Source: an uncultured Granulosicoccaceae bacterium (lineage in GTDB: Bacteria; Pseudomonadota; Gammaproteobacteria; Granulosicoccales; Granulosicoccaceae). Taken from it: DNA of 64,000 nucleotides. Positions 16,721 to 26,575 of the stretch are shown here, in pieces (within the stretch, counting starts at the first letter, position 1; each line of letters opens with the position of its first letter). The notes under the pieces are model-generated. The model did no database searches. It had not been told where the DNA came from and worked only from the letters and a program-made list of their open reading frames with translations. A program made the translations under genes and the position numbers. The stretch covers positions 8,469 through 72,468 of the forward strand of contig CALHNS010000005.1 in assembly GCA_938035125.1 (NCBI GenBank), read 5' to 3'.

Positions 16721-17644
16721 CTCGCTAAAAATCCAATCCCGAAACGCGCGTACGTGCGAATTTTCAGAAGAACCTTCCAAGGTAACCAAATGGTAGGCCT
16801 GTTCGATATCGCTACGTCGTTCAAATAAAGGCACCAAACGGCCTTCATTAACATCGTCTTGAGCCAGTTGTTCAAGTGTTAGCACCACACCTTGGCCAGC
16901 AAGAGCCGCTGACAAAGCCAGTAACACGCTGTTGAAATAGATGTTATGTGCCGCCTCTAATTTATCCTCGCCCACATCTTTAAACCAATCAACCCACTTG
17001 GGCCTACCTTCATAAGGAGACTCATCGTGAAGTAACGTGTGATGCTTTAGATCACTTGGCTGCTCTAGCTTTGGTGTATTCGTATCTTTCAAATATCCAG
17101 GACTGCACAAGGGAACTGCATCCACATCCATAATTTTTTCCACCTCGCAACCTGGGTAATTTCCCATACCAAACCGAATGGCCACATCGATGTTATGAGA
17201 CTTCAAAGTCTCAGCACTTAACGCAGGTGTTGTAGCATCTGAATCAATCAAACCCACGCTGCCTGAAATTCGTAAATCAATACTGGGGTGCGCTGCCATA
17301 AACCGATGCATTCGAGACATTAACCATTTCGATGCAAACGACGGGGATGCCCAAATATTCAATTCTCGACGCTGATCGGCCGTGCGCATTCTCTGCACCG
17401 CCTTATGAATACTCTCAAAGCCTGATTGCAACTCGGTAAGGCCCGCTTGGCCTGCATCGGTTAAGGCAAGCCCTCGGCTTAAACGGTGAAACAGTGGTAC
17501 TTCCAGCACATCTTCTAACTGCCTGATTTGTTGACTAACGGCAGCAGGAGTTACATGCAGCTCTTCTGCTGCCTTACTAAAGCTACCCACCCGAGCCGCC
17601 ACCACAAAAGCGTTCAGGGCATTGAGAGGAATCGCTGCTGCCAC
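16706..17644 (-). CDS. LysR family transcriptional regulator (GcvA-like)
   Basis: 312 aa. HTH region LNALNAFVVAARVGSFSKAAEELHVTPAAVSQQIRQLE, LysR substrate-binding domain. Its 3' end overlaps the convergent peptidase gene by 15 nt. Confidence 0.9.
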   Translation of the reverse strand: MAAAIPLNALNAFVVAARVGSFSKAAEELHVTPAAVSQQIRQLEDVLEVPLFHRLSRGLALTDAGQAGLTELQSGFESIHKAVQRMRTADQRRELNIWASPSFASKWLMSRMHRFMAAHPSIDLRISGSVGLIDSDATTPALSAETLKSHNIDVAIRFGMGNYPGCEVEKIMDVDAVPLCSPGYLKDTNTPKLEQPSDLKHHTLLHDESPYEGRPKWVDWFKDVGEDKLEAAHNIYFNSVLLALSAALAGQGVVLTLEQLAQDDVNEGRLVPLFERRSDIEQAYHLVTLEGSSENSHVRAFRDWIFSELTSE

Positions 17645-17804
17645 GTAATATTTTTCCGTTTAAAGAAAATCTAATGAGGGGGTTAAAAAACTATCGTTTG
17701 TGAAGAGCCCGCTTCGGCCGTAAATTAACACTCAAGGCGATACGAGAAGAATCCTTCGAGTTCATCGCCAACCAAATTTAACCTTAGTGTAACCGGAGTA
17801 CATC

Positions 17805-18164
17805 ATGTTCCCATCATTTAAAAATTTATTCGCTCGTTACGATCGCTACATGACCATGAAAGGCCGTGAAGAGGCTCGCCTAGTGCTATTAAACAAAAGC
17901 CCCCGCGAACTAGAAGACATCGGCATTTCACCCTACCTTTTGAAAAAGGGTGTGGCTGCTTGGCCTTGGAGCGAAAGTAGTGATAATGCTCAACCTACCT
18001 CTGTAGGCTCAATATCCATCTCTAAAGAACAGCGTCGCGCTATCAAAGAACTGCGCAACATGAGCAACGCAGAATTGAACGATATGGGTATTTCACGAGG
18101 CTCAATTGTGGACGCTGTCAAAAACGGACGTTCTGTGGATCAGCGCTCACAACGTGCTGCCTAA
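17805..18164 (+). CDS. protein with two DUF1127-like modules
   Basis: 119 aa. SPRELEDIGISPYLL and NAELNDMGISRGSI are two copies of the DUF1127 C-terminal motif. Divergent from the LysR gene. Confidence 0.65.
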   Translation: MFPSFKNLFARYDRYMTMKGREEARLVLLNKSPRELEDIGISPYLLKKGVAAWPWSESSDNAQPTSVGSISISKEQRRAIKELRNMSNAELNDMGISRGSIVDAVKNGRSVDQRSQRAA

Positions 18165-18173
18165 TCAACTTGC

Positions 18174-18211
18174 CGTCTGGCGCGCCGACTCTCTCCCGGT
18201 GCCGCCAGACG
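18174..18211 (+). terminator. stem-loop after the DUF1127 gene
   Basis: CGTCTGGCG(18174-18182)/CGCCAGACG(18203-18211), a perfect 9-bp stem with a 20-nt loop, followed by TTAAGTTTT. Confidence 0.4.
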
Positions 18212-18343
18212 TTAAGTTTTGATCACTAAATAACATTTTTAACAGCTGAGGCCTTCTACCAGACTGTAAGTTTAAAGAATTATATTGCTAATCCGTTACA
18301 AGATACGCACTAGGCAAAAATTCTAATTAGGAGGAAACAGCTT

Positions 18344-21300
18344 ATGAGCATTCGCGAAAAGCTGTTCCTGTTTGTTCTCTTCGGATCTGTTCTTCCTCTT
18401 TTGCTGGTCTTTTCTATCAGCTATTCGCATCAGAAACAAGACTTGCAATCCACAGTTGAAGAATCGCTGTCGTCACAAGCCACCCAATCAATTAAAGCAA
18501 TTCATGATCGCGTGTTGGAATCACGTTTCACCCTTTTCAATTTCAGTGAGATGGGCGTTATGCAACGTGTGCAAACTAGCGACGCCTTTGATCTACTTCA
18601 AATAGATATCAATCGCTTTGCAGAATCGCATCCTATCTTCTCTGAAATCACAGCATTAAATGCAAGTGGAGACGTCATAGCCAGTACTGATGCATCCATT
18701 TTTAAGAAAAATTATAAAGAAAATAAAGAATTTCGTGAAGCATTGAAAGGGGACACCTATATCTCCTTACCAGAATATTCCAGTCAGGTTGATTTTTACG
18801 TTTCTCATCAGTCCATGCCTATCTTATCCGCTGATGGCTCTGTTGTTGGCGTGCTTCTCGGTGCATTAAACTGGGCGTTTTTAGATTCACAACTGTCAAG
18901 CGATACCATTCTTGGCCAAGCTCAATCTAAGACTCACATTATTTCGGTGCGATCTTCCACAAATGGCGTGCAGCTTTATCAATCACCAGGCGGGAATATC
19001 TCACTCAGCACAACAACTCAATCTACGTTAAACGAACTCGAAGAAGTGCAACTAAACAACGGTGAATTCCTGAGTCTTGTTGTTGCACCCGATGATGTAA
19101 GCTCTTTAAGCGAATCATCGTTACTTCTGCATATATTCGTTGATAAATCTAAAGCCTTAGCCCCTATAACCTCACTAACCCAAATGTATATGTGGATAGG
19201 AGCATTTGTATTTACCCTGGTGGGTATTATGTGGTGGATGATTTCAAAATCTATTGGTTATCGCATCGCAAATTTAACAGAAGGTGCGCGTGAACTGTCC
19301 AATGGAAATTTCAAACATCGCATCGGCAACACAACGCATTCAGATGAAATTGGTGAATTGGCCCAAAGCTTTGATTTTATGCGGCATACCATTCAAAAAA
19401 ATGAAGCCAAGCTGATTGAAAAAACCCATGCTGCAGAACAAGCAGCCAAGTTAAAAGGGGAATTTCTCGCCAATATGAGCCATGAAGTTCGTACCCCTAT
19501 TAATGGTGTACTAGGTATGGCAGAACTTATGCTGCAAACCGACATGGACATCAACCAGAAGCGTTACGCCTCGACTATTCTTCGATCTGGCCAATCACTA
19601 CTCAGTGTTGTAAACGATATTTTAGATTTTTCAAAAATTGAAGCTGGAAAACTGGATATCACTAAAGCCCCGTTCGATCTTCGAGAAACGGTAGAAGACG
19701 TAGCAGAAATGCTGGCAGAGTCAGCTCATAGGAAAAAAATCGAACTTAATATCGACATGTCACCTGATGAACATGCAGCCTATGAAGGGGACGCTGGGCG
19801 CATACGCCAGATACTTGTGAACTTGGTTAGTAATGCTATTAAGTTCACCTCTTCTGGGGAAGTAAAAATTACGATATCCAGCAACACAGAACTTAATGCA
19901 GATTTTACGAATGTACGATTCGATGTCACTGATACGGGAATCGGAATTCCAGCAGATAAGCACAATCGGATATTTCGAGAATTTGAACAAGCTGATGGCA
20001 CGACCACCCGAGAGTATGGTGGTACTGGGTTAGGCTTAGCTATTTCCAAAAAATTAACAACCCTTATGAAAGGCGAAATTAGCTTTGAAAGTGAAATAAA
20101 CAAAGGTTCTAATTTTTGGTTCACCGTACAATTGCAACCCTTACCGGTAAGCGTACATAAACGTTGGTCATCAACAGAATCACTAACAGACATATTAGTG
20201 TTGATCGTTGATGATAATCAAACCAATCGTGAAATTTTGCACGATCAACTAGCTCATTGGGGCGCGCAAACACTAATGGCAACAGGCCCTGCGCATGCAC
20301 TGCAATTAATCGATGATTGCCATAAACAAGATCGATCTATAGATGTAGCCATTGTCGATCAACAAATGCCTAAAATGAGCGGTATTGAACTGATTACCGA
20401 AATAGAAGCCACGAGAAAAAACAACGACACCGCATTTGTAGTTCTCAGTTCGGTTAATGAGAATAGAGACAATGAATCAGCCAAATTGCTCTCTAACTAC
20501 TCTCATATTACAAAACCTGCCAGACAGAAAGATCTCTACAATTGCTTGGCAGCGGTGCTAAGCGATGAGTCCGCTATTAATACCAGTTCCGAATTTCACA
20601 AGGCACAAGACTCGACTCTTGCAGGCGATGTCCTTTTAGTAGAAGACAATCCCGTTAATCAAGAAATGATGATGGAAATGCTCAAAATTATGGGCATGCG
20701 TGTTGAACTGGCTGAAAACGGCGAAGAGGCTGTTACTAGAATAAGCGAAAAAGCATTTGACCTTATATTTATGGATTGCCAAATGCCGGTGATGGATGGC
20801 TTTGAAGCCACAGCAGCCATACGCTCAGAAGAAAGATTTCAAAAAAACAGACAGAAAAATATCATCGTGGCATTAACGGCTAACGCTTTAGAAGGCGATA
20901 GAGAACGATGTTTAAATTCTGGAATGGATGATTATTTAAGCAAACCCGTCAGCACAGCAGAACTACGCCAGTGTCTGTACAAATGGATTCGTGTTGTAGA
21001 AGAAGATAAGGAGACCACCATGAACAGCACCAACAAAGAGACCCTAGAAAACACCAGTAATCTAGAACCTCAGTCTGCTAAGGACGCAACAAGTTCAAAC
21101 GAATTACCTATATTAAAACAATCTGTTTACCAAGACTTATTAACGATGTGCGAACAGGCCAGTGAAGGGTTTTACGATAACCTCGTTGCTAAATACACTG
21201 AAGGCTCTCAGGAAGACTTGCACTCTATCAAAACAGCTATCAAAGACGGCAACGCTGAACTCGTCAGAACCGCCTCGCATCGTCTTAAATCCAGCAGCGC

Positions 21301-21457
21301 GAATTGGGGAGGGGTTCGAGTTGCCGATCTTTGCCAACAATTGGAATCAGCGGGCCAAAACAATGAACTAACAGATGCGAATAATCTGTTCGCAAAACTA
21401 GAAATCGAAGTGAATGTACTGATTTCAGAACTTAGCTTGCAGCAACGCGCCGCATAA
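18344..21457 (+). CDS. hybrid sensor histidine kinase/response regulator (periplasmic sensor, HAMP, HisKA, HATPase_c, two REC, Hpt)
   Basis: 1037 aa with two TM helices flanking a ~260-aa periplasmic domain. HAMP, H-box SHEVRTPING, G-box GGTGLGLAISK. REC1 (VDDNQTN...DQQMPKMSG), REC2 (VEDNPVNQ...MDCQMPVMDG), Hpt HRLKSSSANWG. AGGAGG Shine-Dalgarno. Confidence 0.9.
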   Translation: MSIREKLFLFVLFGSVLPLLLVFSISYSHQKQDLQSTVEESLSSQATQSIKAIHDRVLESRFTLFNFSEMGVMQRVQTSDAFDLLQIDINRFAESHPIFSEITALNASGDVIASTDASIFKKNYKENKEFREALKGDTYISLPEYSSQVDFYVSHQSMPILSADGSVVGVLLGALNWAFLDSQLSSDTILGQAQSKTHIISVRSSTNGVQLYQSPGGNISLSTTTQSTLNELEEVQLNNGEFLSLVVAPDDVSSLSESSLLLHIFVDKSKALAPITSLTQMYMWIGAFVFTLVGIMWWMISKSIGYRIANLTEGARELSNGNFKHRIGNTTHSDEIGELAQSFDFMRHTIQKNEAKLIEKTHAAEQAAKLKGEFLANMSHEVRTPINGVLGMAELMLQTDMDINQKRYASTILRSGQSLLSVVNDILDFSKIEAGKLDITKAPFDLRETVEDVAEMLAESAHRKKIELNIDMSPDEHAAYEGDAGRIRQILVNLVSNAIKFTSSGEVKITISSNTELNADFTNVRFDVTDTGIGIPADKHNRIFREFEQADGTTTREYGGTGLGLAISKKLTTLMKGEISFESEINKGSNFWFTVQLQPLPVSVHKRWSSTESLTDILVLIVDDNQTNREILHDQLAHWGAQTLMATGPAHALQLIDDCHKQDRSIDVAIVDQQMPKMSGIELITEIEATRKNNDTAFVVLSSVNENRDNESAKLLSNYSHITKPARQKDLYNCLAAVLSDESAINTSSEFHKAQDSTLAGDVLLVEDNPVNQEMMMEMLKIMGMRVELAENGEEAVTRISEKAFDLIFMDCQMPVMDGFEATAAIRSEERFQKNRQKNIIVALTANALEGDRERCLNSGMDDYLSKPVSTAELRQCLYKWIRVVEEDKETTMNSTNKETLENTSNLEPQSAKDATSSNELPILKQSVYQDLLTMCEQASEGFYDNLVAKYTEGSQEDLHSIKTAIKDGNAELVRTASHRLKSSSANWGGVRVADLCQQLESAGQNNELTDANNLFAKLEIEVNVLISELSLQQRAA

Positions 21458-21484
21458 AAATCAGCTAAAAAAAGGCCAAAAAAA

Positions 21485-21511
21485 ACGGCACACAAACGTG
21501 TGCCGTTTTTT
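21485..21511. terminator. bidirectional rho-independent terminator between the kinase gene and dsbA
   Basis: ACGGCACAC/GTGTGCCGT 9-bp stem with 4-nt loop. An A-run lies on the left and TTTTTT on the right, so it can serve both convergent genes. Confidence 0.8.
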
Positions 21512-21552
21512 AAACTAAGCCACAGACAGCCTAGCCTAGGAAAATAATGCTA

Positions 21553-22218
21553 TTAAGCTTTTTCTAGGTCAACCAGTCGCTCGATTACACTGATGACTTG
21601 CTTGTGACCACCTGCCATCGATACGCTGGTACGGTATTTACCGTTAACCAAAATGGCTGGTACGCCAGTAATGCCCGATTGCTGAGCCAATTGCACTGAA
21701 CGGCGTAAGCCAGCATCAACAGCAAACGACTTCATTGTTTTTTCAAACTTTTTAGCGTCCACCCCTGCATCCAATGAGGCGATGAATTTGCCAATATCGG
21801 AAGGTTTACGCAGGCGATTTTTTTTCTTATGAATCTCATCAAATACCGGTTCGATGATTTGCTCATGGATGTCTAAGCTTCTTGCCGCATACCAAATGCG
21901 TGAGTGCTGCTCCCATTGTGGATTCAGAGGAGGAGCTTCTCGAACAAACGCCACATGATCGGGTTTGTTCTTGTGGTATTCGTTTATGGTAGGTTCAAAA
22001 GCGAAACAGTGAGGGCAACCGAACCAGAAGAATTCCAACACTTCTACTTTATCTGGATCTGCGGTATTTAGCGGTGTTGCTAGCACTTCGTAACCATTGG
22101 CAGCCTGCGCATGCGAGTTGCTTGCTGGTAAGAGTGACAAAGCTCCGGCACCCGCGGCCATACCCGTTACGCTCAGAGCGGTAGCTTTTCCAAGGAAATG
22201 TCGACGTGAAACACTCAT
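21553..22218 (-). CDS. dsbA: DsbA-family thiol:disulfide oxidoreductase with twin-arginine-type signal peptide
   Basis: 221 aa. SRRHFLGKATAL...SNSHAQA N-terminus, FFWFGCPHCFAFEP active site (CPHC). Confidence 0.85.
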   Translation of the reverse strand: MSVSRRHFLGKATALSVTGMAAGAGALSLLPASNSHAQAANGYEVLATPLNTADPDKVEVLEFFWFGCPHCFAFEPTINEYHKNKPDHVAFVREAPPLNPQWEQHSRIWYAARSLDIHEQIIEPVFDEIHKKKNRLRKPSDIGKFIASLDAGVDAKKFEKTMKSFAVDAGLRRSVQLAQQSGITGVPAILVNGKYRTSVSMAGGHKQVISVIERLVDLEKA

Positions 22219-22489
22219 TATTAGTCTGTCCTATTTAATTTTATGTCGGGAAATGAGAAAACTAAAGTGTAGGCAGAAATATTAGCTTTAAACATGCCAA
22301 GCCTCATGCCAATGGAAAATAGGATAAATGATGTAATTGAAAGTTCCCTTAAAACGCGTTACAAGCCCTTTAAATGGGGCACACAGCGTATCTACCTACA
22401 CCAAAGTTGAACACGATAGATTTATAGCACGCGTGCCCCGGACGCCAAAGTGCTAGCGTTCAAATGATGTATTAATGCCAATTAAGGGG

Positions 22490-24133
22490 TTAACTAAAAC
22501 TCATATCGCACAACTTATTGCGCTGAATTTTCCCTGAAGGCCCTTTGGGTAGCTCTTCTAAGAAATGAATTTGATCGGGGCATTTAAACGCACCCACAGC
22601 ATCTTGTACCAACCCCAGAAGCTCGGTCATAGCTAGCGTAGAACCAGGCTTTAAACTCACTGCTGCCTCAACACGCTGACCATAATCAGAACACGCTACG
22701 GCAAAAGCGGCCGCTTCAACCACATCAGGATGCCGATACAAGGCATCATCAATTTCACGCGGCGCAATATTTTCACCACCTTTTATGATCAATTCTTTTA
22801 AGCGCCCTGTGATGAAAACATACCCTTCTTCATCAACTTTACCTAAATCTCCGGTTCGCACCCAACCATCTGCCGTCATTGCCGCTTGTGTTGCCTCTTC
22901 ATTATGAAAATAGCGCTGCATGACGCTTGCCCCACGTATCAGTAATTCTCCTTCGGTGTTGACTGGCACATCGTTAAGTTCAGGATCAACAATGCGTAGC
23001 GTCACGCCAACGGGTAACCCAGGCGACCCCAATTTGCGATGCCCAGGCGGCATTGGGTTTGACAATATTTGTGCCGCAGTTTCTGTTAAACCCATTGTTT
23101 CAATTAAGGGCACATTAAATTGCTTTTCGAAACTGCCATGCACATCAGGTGAAAGGGGTGCAGAAGCTGAGCGTCCAAAGCGCAGCCTAGGTAAAGACTT
23201 ACCACCACTAAATGCATCGGTAGCATCACGTAATAGATAAGAAATTTGCGTGGGCACCACACTGAACCAAGTGCATTCGCTAGTTTCGATCCAGCCCCAA
23301 AATTTTGAAGTTGAAAAGCGCTTTGGCATCACCACAGAACCTGATGAAACTAATGGACCCATCAAGGTCACACACAAACCATTAATGTGAAATAACGGCA
23401 ATACACACAATGCTCGATCAGTATCGGTGAGTTCGTGCGCTATGGCCACATTATGACCGCCTGCCAGTAAATTCCCTTGCGACAACACAACGCCTTTCGG
23501 TCGTCCGGTGGTGCCCGATGTGTACATCAGTAAACCATCATCGCTAGAGCTTATGGCGTGATCGCTTGAATCTAAAATTTCCGGCATAGAGGAAATAACG
23601 CATGGCGGCTCTGCAGAAACAGTGGATTCAACCGTGTTCCAATGAAACATTAAATTCGATGCATCGGATTCTTCGTTAAACTCAAACGTAACCAATTGAG
23701 GAGGAGGATGTTTAGTTTCAGTAAAACTTTCACAAGTTAACGCATCATTTATGGCAGATACAATATCTGTTTGTGTTATCACAAGAACCGTTTCTGAATG
23801 AGAGAGCACATAACCCATCACATCCCTACCCGCTACTAAATTAATAGACACCGCACGATAACCACCGTATTGCAATGCTAGTAATGTAATGGCCGCTTCT
23901 ACACTGTTATTCATGGCGTAGGCCACACTGCTGCCTGGCTGCACACCCGTTTTTTGGATGCGTTCAGCAAGCCTTGCACACAACGAGCGGAGTTGCCCAT
24001 AGTGACAACTTAAGTGCGTGACAGGGTCTATTAAAAATTTTCGATCAGCGTGCTCATCGGCGCGTTGATCGATGAGTGATCGAATGGAGACGTTATGATC
24101 GCCCTCTTTATTCAACGCCCAGCCTCCGCCCAA
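22490..24133 (-). CDS. AMP-dependent synthetase/ligase (acyl-CoA synthetase family)
   Basis: 547 aa. AMP-binding motif LMYTSGTTGRPKGV, later GWVRTGD and PSGKIQR. The start is uncertain: a TTG at 24133, or a TTG about 18 nt downstream. It overlaps the upstream stop. Confidence 0.85.
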   Translation of the reverse strand: MGGGWALNKEGDHNVSIRSLIDQRADEHADRKFLIDPVTHLSCHYGQLRSLCARLAERIQKTGVQPGSSVAYAMNNSVEAAITLLALQYGGYRAVSINLVAGRDVMGYVLSHSETVLVITQTDIVSAINDALTCESFTETKHPPPQLVTFEFNEESDASNLMFHWNTVESTVSAEPPCVISSMPEILDSSDHAISSSDDGLLMYTSGTTGRPKGVVLSQGNLLAGGHNVAIAHELTDTDRALCVLPLFHINGLCVTLMGPLVSSGSVVMPKRFSTSKFWGWIETSECTWFSVVPTQISYLLRDATDAFSGGKSLPRLRFGRSASAPLSPDVHGSFEKQFNVPLIETMGLTETAAQILSNPMPPGHRKLGSPGLPVGVTLRIVDPELNDVPVNTEGELLIRGASVMQRYFHNEEATQAAMTADGWVRTGDLGKVDEEGYVFITGRLKELIIKGGENIAPREIDDALYRHPDVVEAAAFAVACSDYGQRVEAAVSLKPGSTLAMTELLGLVQDAVGAFKCPDQIHFLEELPKGPSGKIQRNKLCDMSFS

Positions 24134-25536
24134 TATGATTCAAACACCGATTCCACACTGGGTTCAACAGCTGGGATGGGGCGCACCACTTTAGCCACAT
24201 TCATAAAATGCTTATAATTTAAATTATCATCAATGGAATTCCCGCCCCAACTGCCGCACCCCATTGACAGTGAGAACGGCATGCCATTATCAAAAGCACC
24301 ACCGGTGGCAAAACAATGCGCTTGATTTACGATAACCCGGCAGGTGGGAATAGTTTGCGCAAGTTGACGAGCGCGAGCATCGTTATTACTGTGCAAACCA
24401 ATGGAGTGCCCTGCCCCTTGAAACGATAAAATCTTGGATGCAAGTTCAGTGGCATGATCAAAATCTTTTGCCACATAAAATGCCACCGCTAACGACAGCT
24501 TTTCGCCAGACTCAGGATGTTCAGGCCCGATACCACTGCTGGGTACGACAACAAACTTTGCCGATGCTTTGTTCGATACATCCAATTCAGCGGATTGCAA
24601 AAAAACATTAATGTCTTTTGCTATTAATGATCGATTTAAATGCCCGCCATCAAACAGTTTGTCGTTAAATTGTTTCGCTTGATCAGCGCTGAGTAAACGC
24701 CCGCCTTCAGCGTGCAACGCCGCTATAAATTTATCTTTTACTGCCTCTACCACAATCATTACGTTCTCTGAAGAACACGATGTAGCGTTATCAAACGTCT
24801 TTGAGGCCGCAATTTTTCTAGCCGCCTCTGCAAGATCTGCAGTTTCATCCACAATGACGGTTGCATTACCAGCGCCAACTCCGATTGCTGGTGTGCCACA
24901 AGAATAGGCTCGTCTTACGTTATCTTGACTGCCAGTTACCACGATAAGATCAACCGCTTCCATTAATCGTTGTGTTTTAATTTTGGAAGACGGTGTGGGC
25001 ACCATCTGAACCAGATCATGATCCAATCCGATCTTATCGAATTCTTTGTACATAGCCTCTAGTAGTTTTACACACACCTCGTTGCCTTTTGGCGAAGGCG
25101 ATAGCACGATCGCGTTGCCACATTTCAATGCATTAATAACATTATTGGTGGGGGTTGCAGCTGGGTTGGTGCTTGGCACAACCGCCCCTACAACACCTAA
25201 GGGTCTTGCGTATTCGGTTATGCCTTTTTCTTTGTCTTCTTTCAATACACCGGTAGTGATTGCCCCTTGAAGGTCTCGTAACAAGCCCAGTGTTTTGCGG
25301 TGGTTCTTCGTAATCTTATCTTGAACATTGCCTAACCCAGTGGTGGCTACGGCCATCGTTGACAACTCACGATTACGATCAGGCTCCATTAATGCCCAGG
25401 CGGCGGCAAGCGCCGCCTGGTCATATCGCTGCTGCGTTGCCCCTTCGGCGTATTTTACTTGTGCAATCCGCGCACGTTCAACAATATCATCAACGAGTGC
25501 GGCTTCATCTACAGCCTGTGAAGAGGTAACGCTCAT
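24112..25536 (-). CDS. CoA-acylating aldehyde dehydrogenase (AdhE N-terminal / EutE / PduP-like family)
   Basis: 474 aa. VPSTNPAATPTNNVINALKCGNAIVLSPSP, catalytic-Cys region TSCSSENVMIV and GAGHSIGLHS resemble the acetylating ALDH family, not the NAD-ALDH class 1-3 type. Confidence 0.8.
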   Translation of the reverse strand: MSVTSSQAVDEAALVDDIVERARIAQVKYAEGATQQRYDQAALAAAWALMEPDRNRELSTMAVATTGLGNVQDKITKNHRKTLGLLRDLQGAITTGVLKEDKEKGITEYARPLGVVGAVVPSTNPAATPTNNVINALKCGNAIVLSPSPKGNEVCVKLLEAMYKEFDKIGLDHDLVQMVPTPSSKIKTQRLMEAVDLIVVTGSQDNVRRAYSCGTPAIGVGAGNATVIVDETADLAEAARKIAASKTFDNATSCSSENVMIVVEAVKDKFIAALHAEGGRLLSADQAKQFNDKLFDGGHLNRSLIAKDINVFLQSAELDVSNKASAKFVVVPSSGIGPEHPESGEKLSLAVAFYVAKDFDHATELASKILSFQGAGHSIGLHSNNDARARQLAQTIPTCRVIVNQAHCFATGGAFDNGMPFSLSMGCGSWGGNSIDDNLNYKHFMNVAKVVRPIPAVEPSVESVFESYWAEAGR

Positions 25537-25538
25537 AA

Positions 25539-26507
25539 TTACTTCAATCCTGCTAATAACTCGGTTAAGGTCTCTTCACGTGCAGCCCACATCTCTAGCA
25601 CTTCATCACGAGTCATAATGTGCATTGGTGAACCACCCGCTTGCATTTGCTTGGCAACGCGTGCGTTTTCAAACATGGCAGGAACTGTTGCCGCTAGCTT
25701 TTCGATAATGGCAGGATCAGTACCCTTTGGCACCATCACGCCACGAAAATTAACTGAACTGTTATCAACATCGAAACCAGCTTCTTTCATCGTTGGAACA
25801 TCTGGTAAGAAATCGTTTCGTTCTAAATCAGCCACAGCCAAGATTTTTACGTTACCCGCTTCACGCGCACGAAAAGCATCGGATAAGTTGTTCACACCGG
25901 CAACCACATCACCTGCGATAACGGCTTTCATTGCTGCAGCACCACCACCTTTGGTTGGGATATAAGCCATCTTTGCACCGGTTGCTTTTTCAATTTGCAA
26001 CGCTGCAATGTGATGACCTACATAAAGGCCAGCACCAGATAAAGTCACTCTACCTGGGTTCTCTGTGGCATAAGCCACCAGTTCTTCAATGGTGTTGTAA
26101 GGACTATCAGCACCCACAACCACAACAGCAGGATCTGCACCCCAGTTGGCTATCGGTTCAAAACTTGCAGCACTGTACTTCACCCCACCTTCGATGGATT
26201 GGGCAACAAAGTGGGGAATGTTATAAGCACCCATTGTGTAGCCGTCGCTCTCAGCTTCTGATGCAAACCAGTTCCAGCCCACTCGACCACCGGCGCCGGG
26301 TTTATTAATGATAACGATGGGTTGGCCAAGATAATCTTCATTACCTGCAACCATGGTGACAATTCGCGCTTGGAAATCAGTAGCCCCGCCAGCACCGTAA
26401 GACACCATCAGTGATACAGGTCGTTCAGGGTATTCAGCTGCCGCCATCGGGGCTGCCATAAAAGAAGCCGCTGCTAAAGTAGCCGCTGCAATAAGACGCA
26501 ATTTCAT
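25539..26507 (-). CDS. tctC: tripartite tricarboxylate transporter substrate-binding protein (Bug/TctC family)
   Basis: 322 aa. Signal peptide, YGAGGATDFQARIV and INKPGAGG blocks typical of TctC. Confidence 0.9.
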   Translation of the reverse strand: MKLRLIAAATLAAASFMAAPMAAAEYPERPVSLMVSYGAGGATDFQARIVTMVAGNEDYLGQPIVIINKPGAGGRVGWNWFASEAESDGYTMGAYNIPHFVAQSIEGGVKYSAASFEPIANWGADPAVVVVGADSPYNTIEELVAYATENPGRVTLSGAGLYVGHHIAALQIEKATGAKMAYIPTKGGGAAAMKAVIAGDVVAGVNNLSDAFRAREAGNVKILAVADLERNDFLPDVPTMKEAGFDVDNSSVNFRGVMVPKGTDPAIIEKLAATVPAMFENARVAKQMQAGGSPMHIMTRDEVLEMWAAREETLTELLAGLK

Positions 26508-26575
26508 TTTTAATTCTCCAAATAGTTTTTATTTCAACATCATTTGATCATTCGATCGATTCACAACCTTCTTAC

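Noticed and set aside
22376-22439. GGGGCAC...GTGCCCC inverted repeat with a ~50-nt loop downstream of the ligase gene, considered as a terminator or sRNA.
   Set aside because: The 7-bp arms are far apart, there is no U-tract on the relevant (minus) strand, and no conserved RNA motif was recognised.
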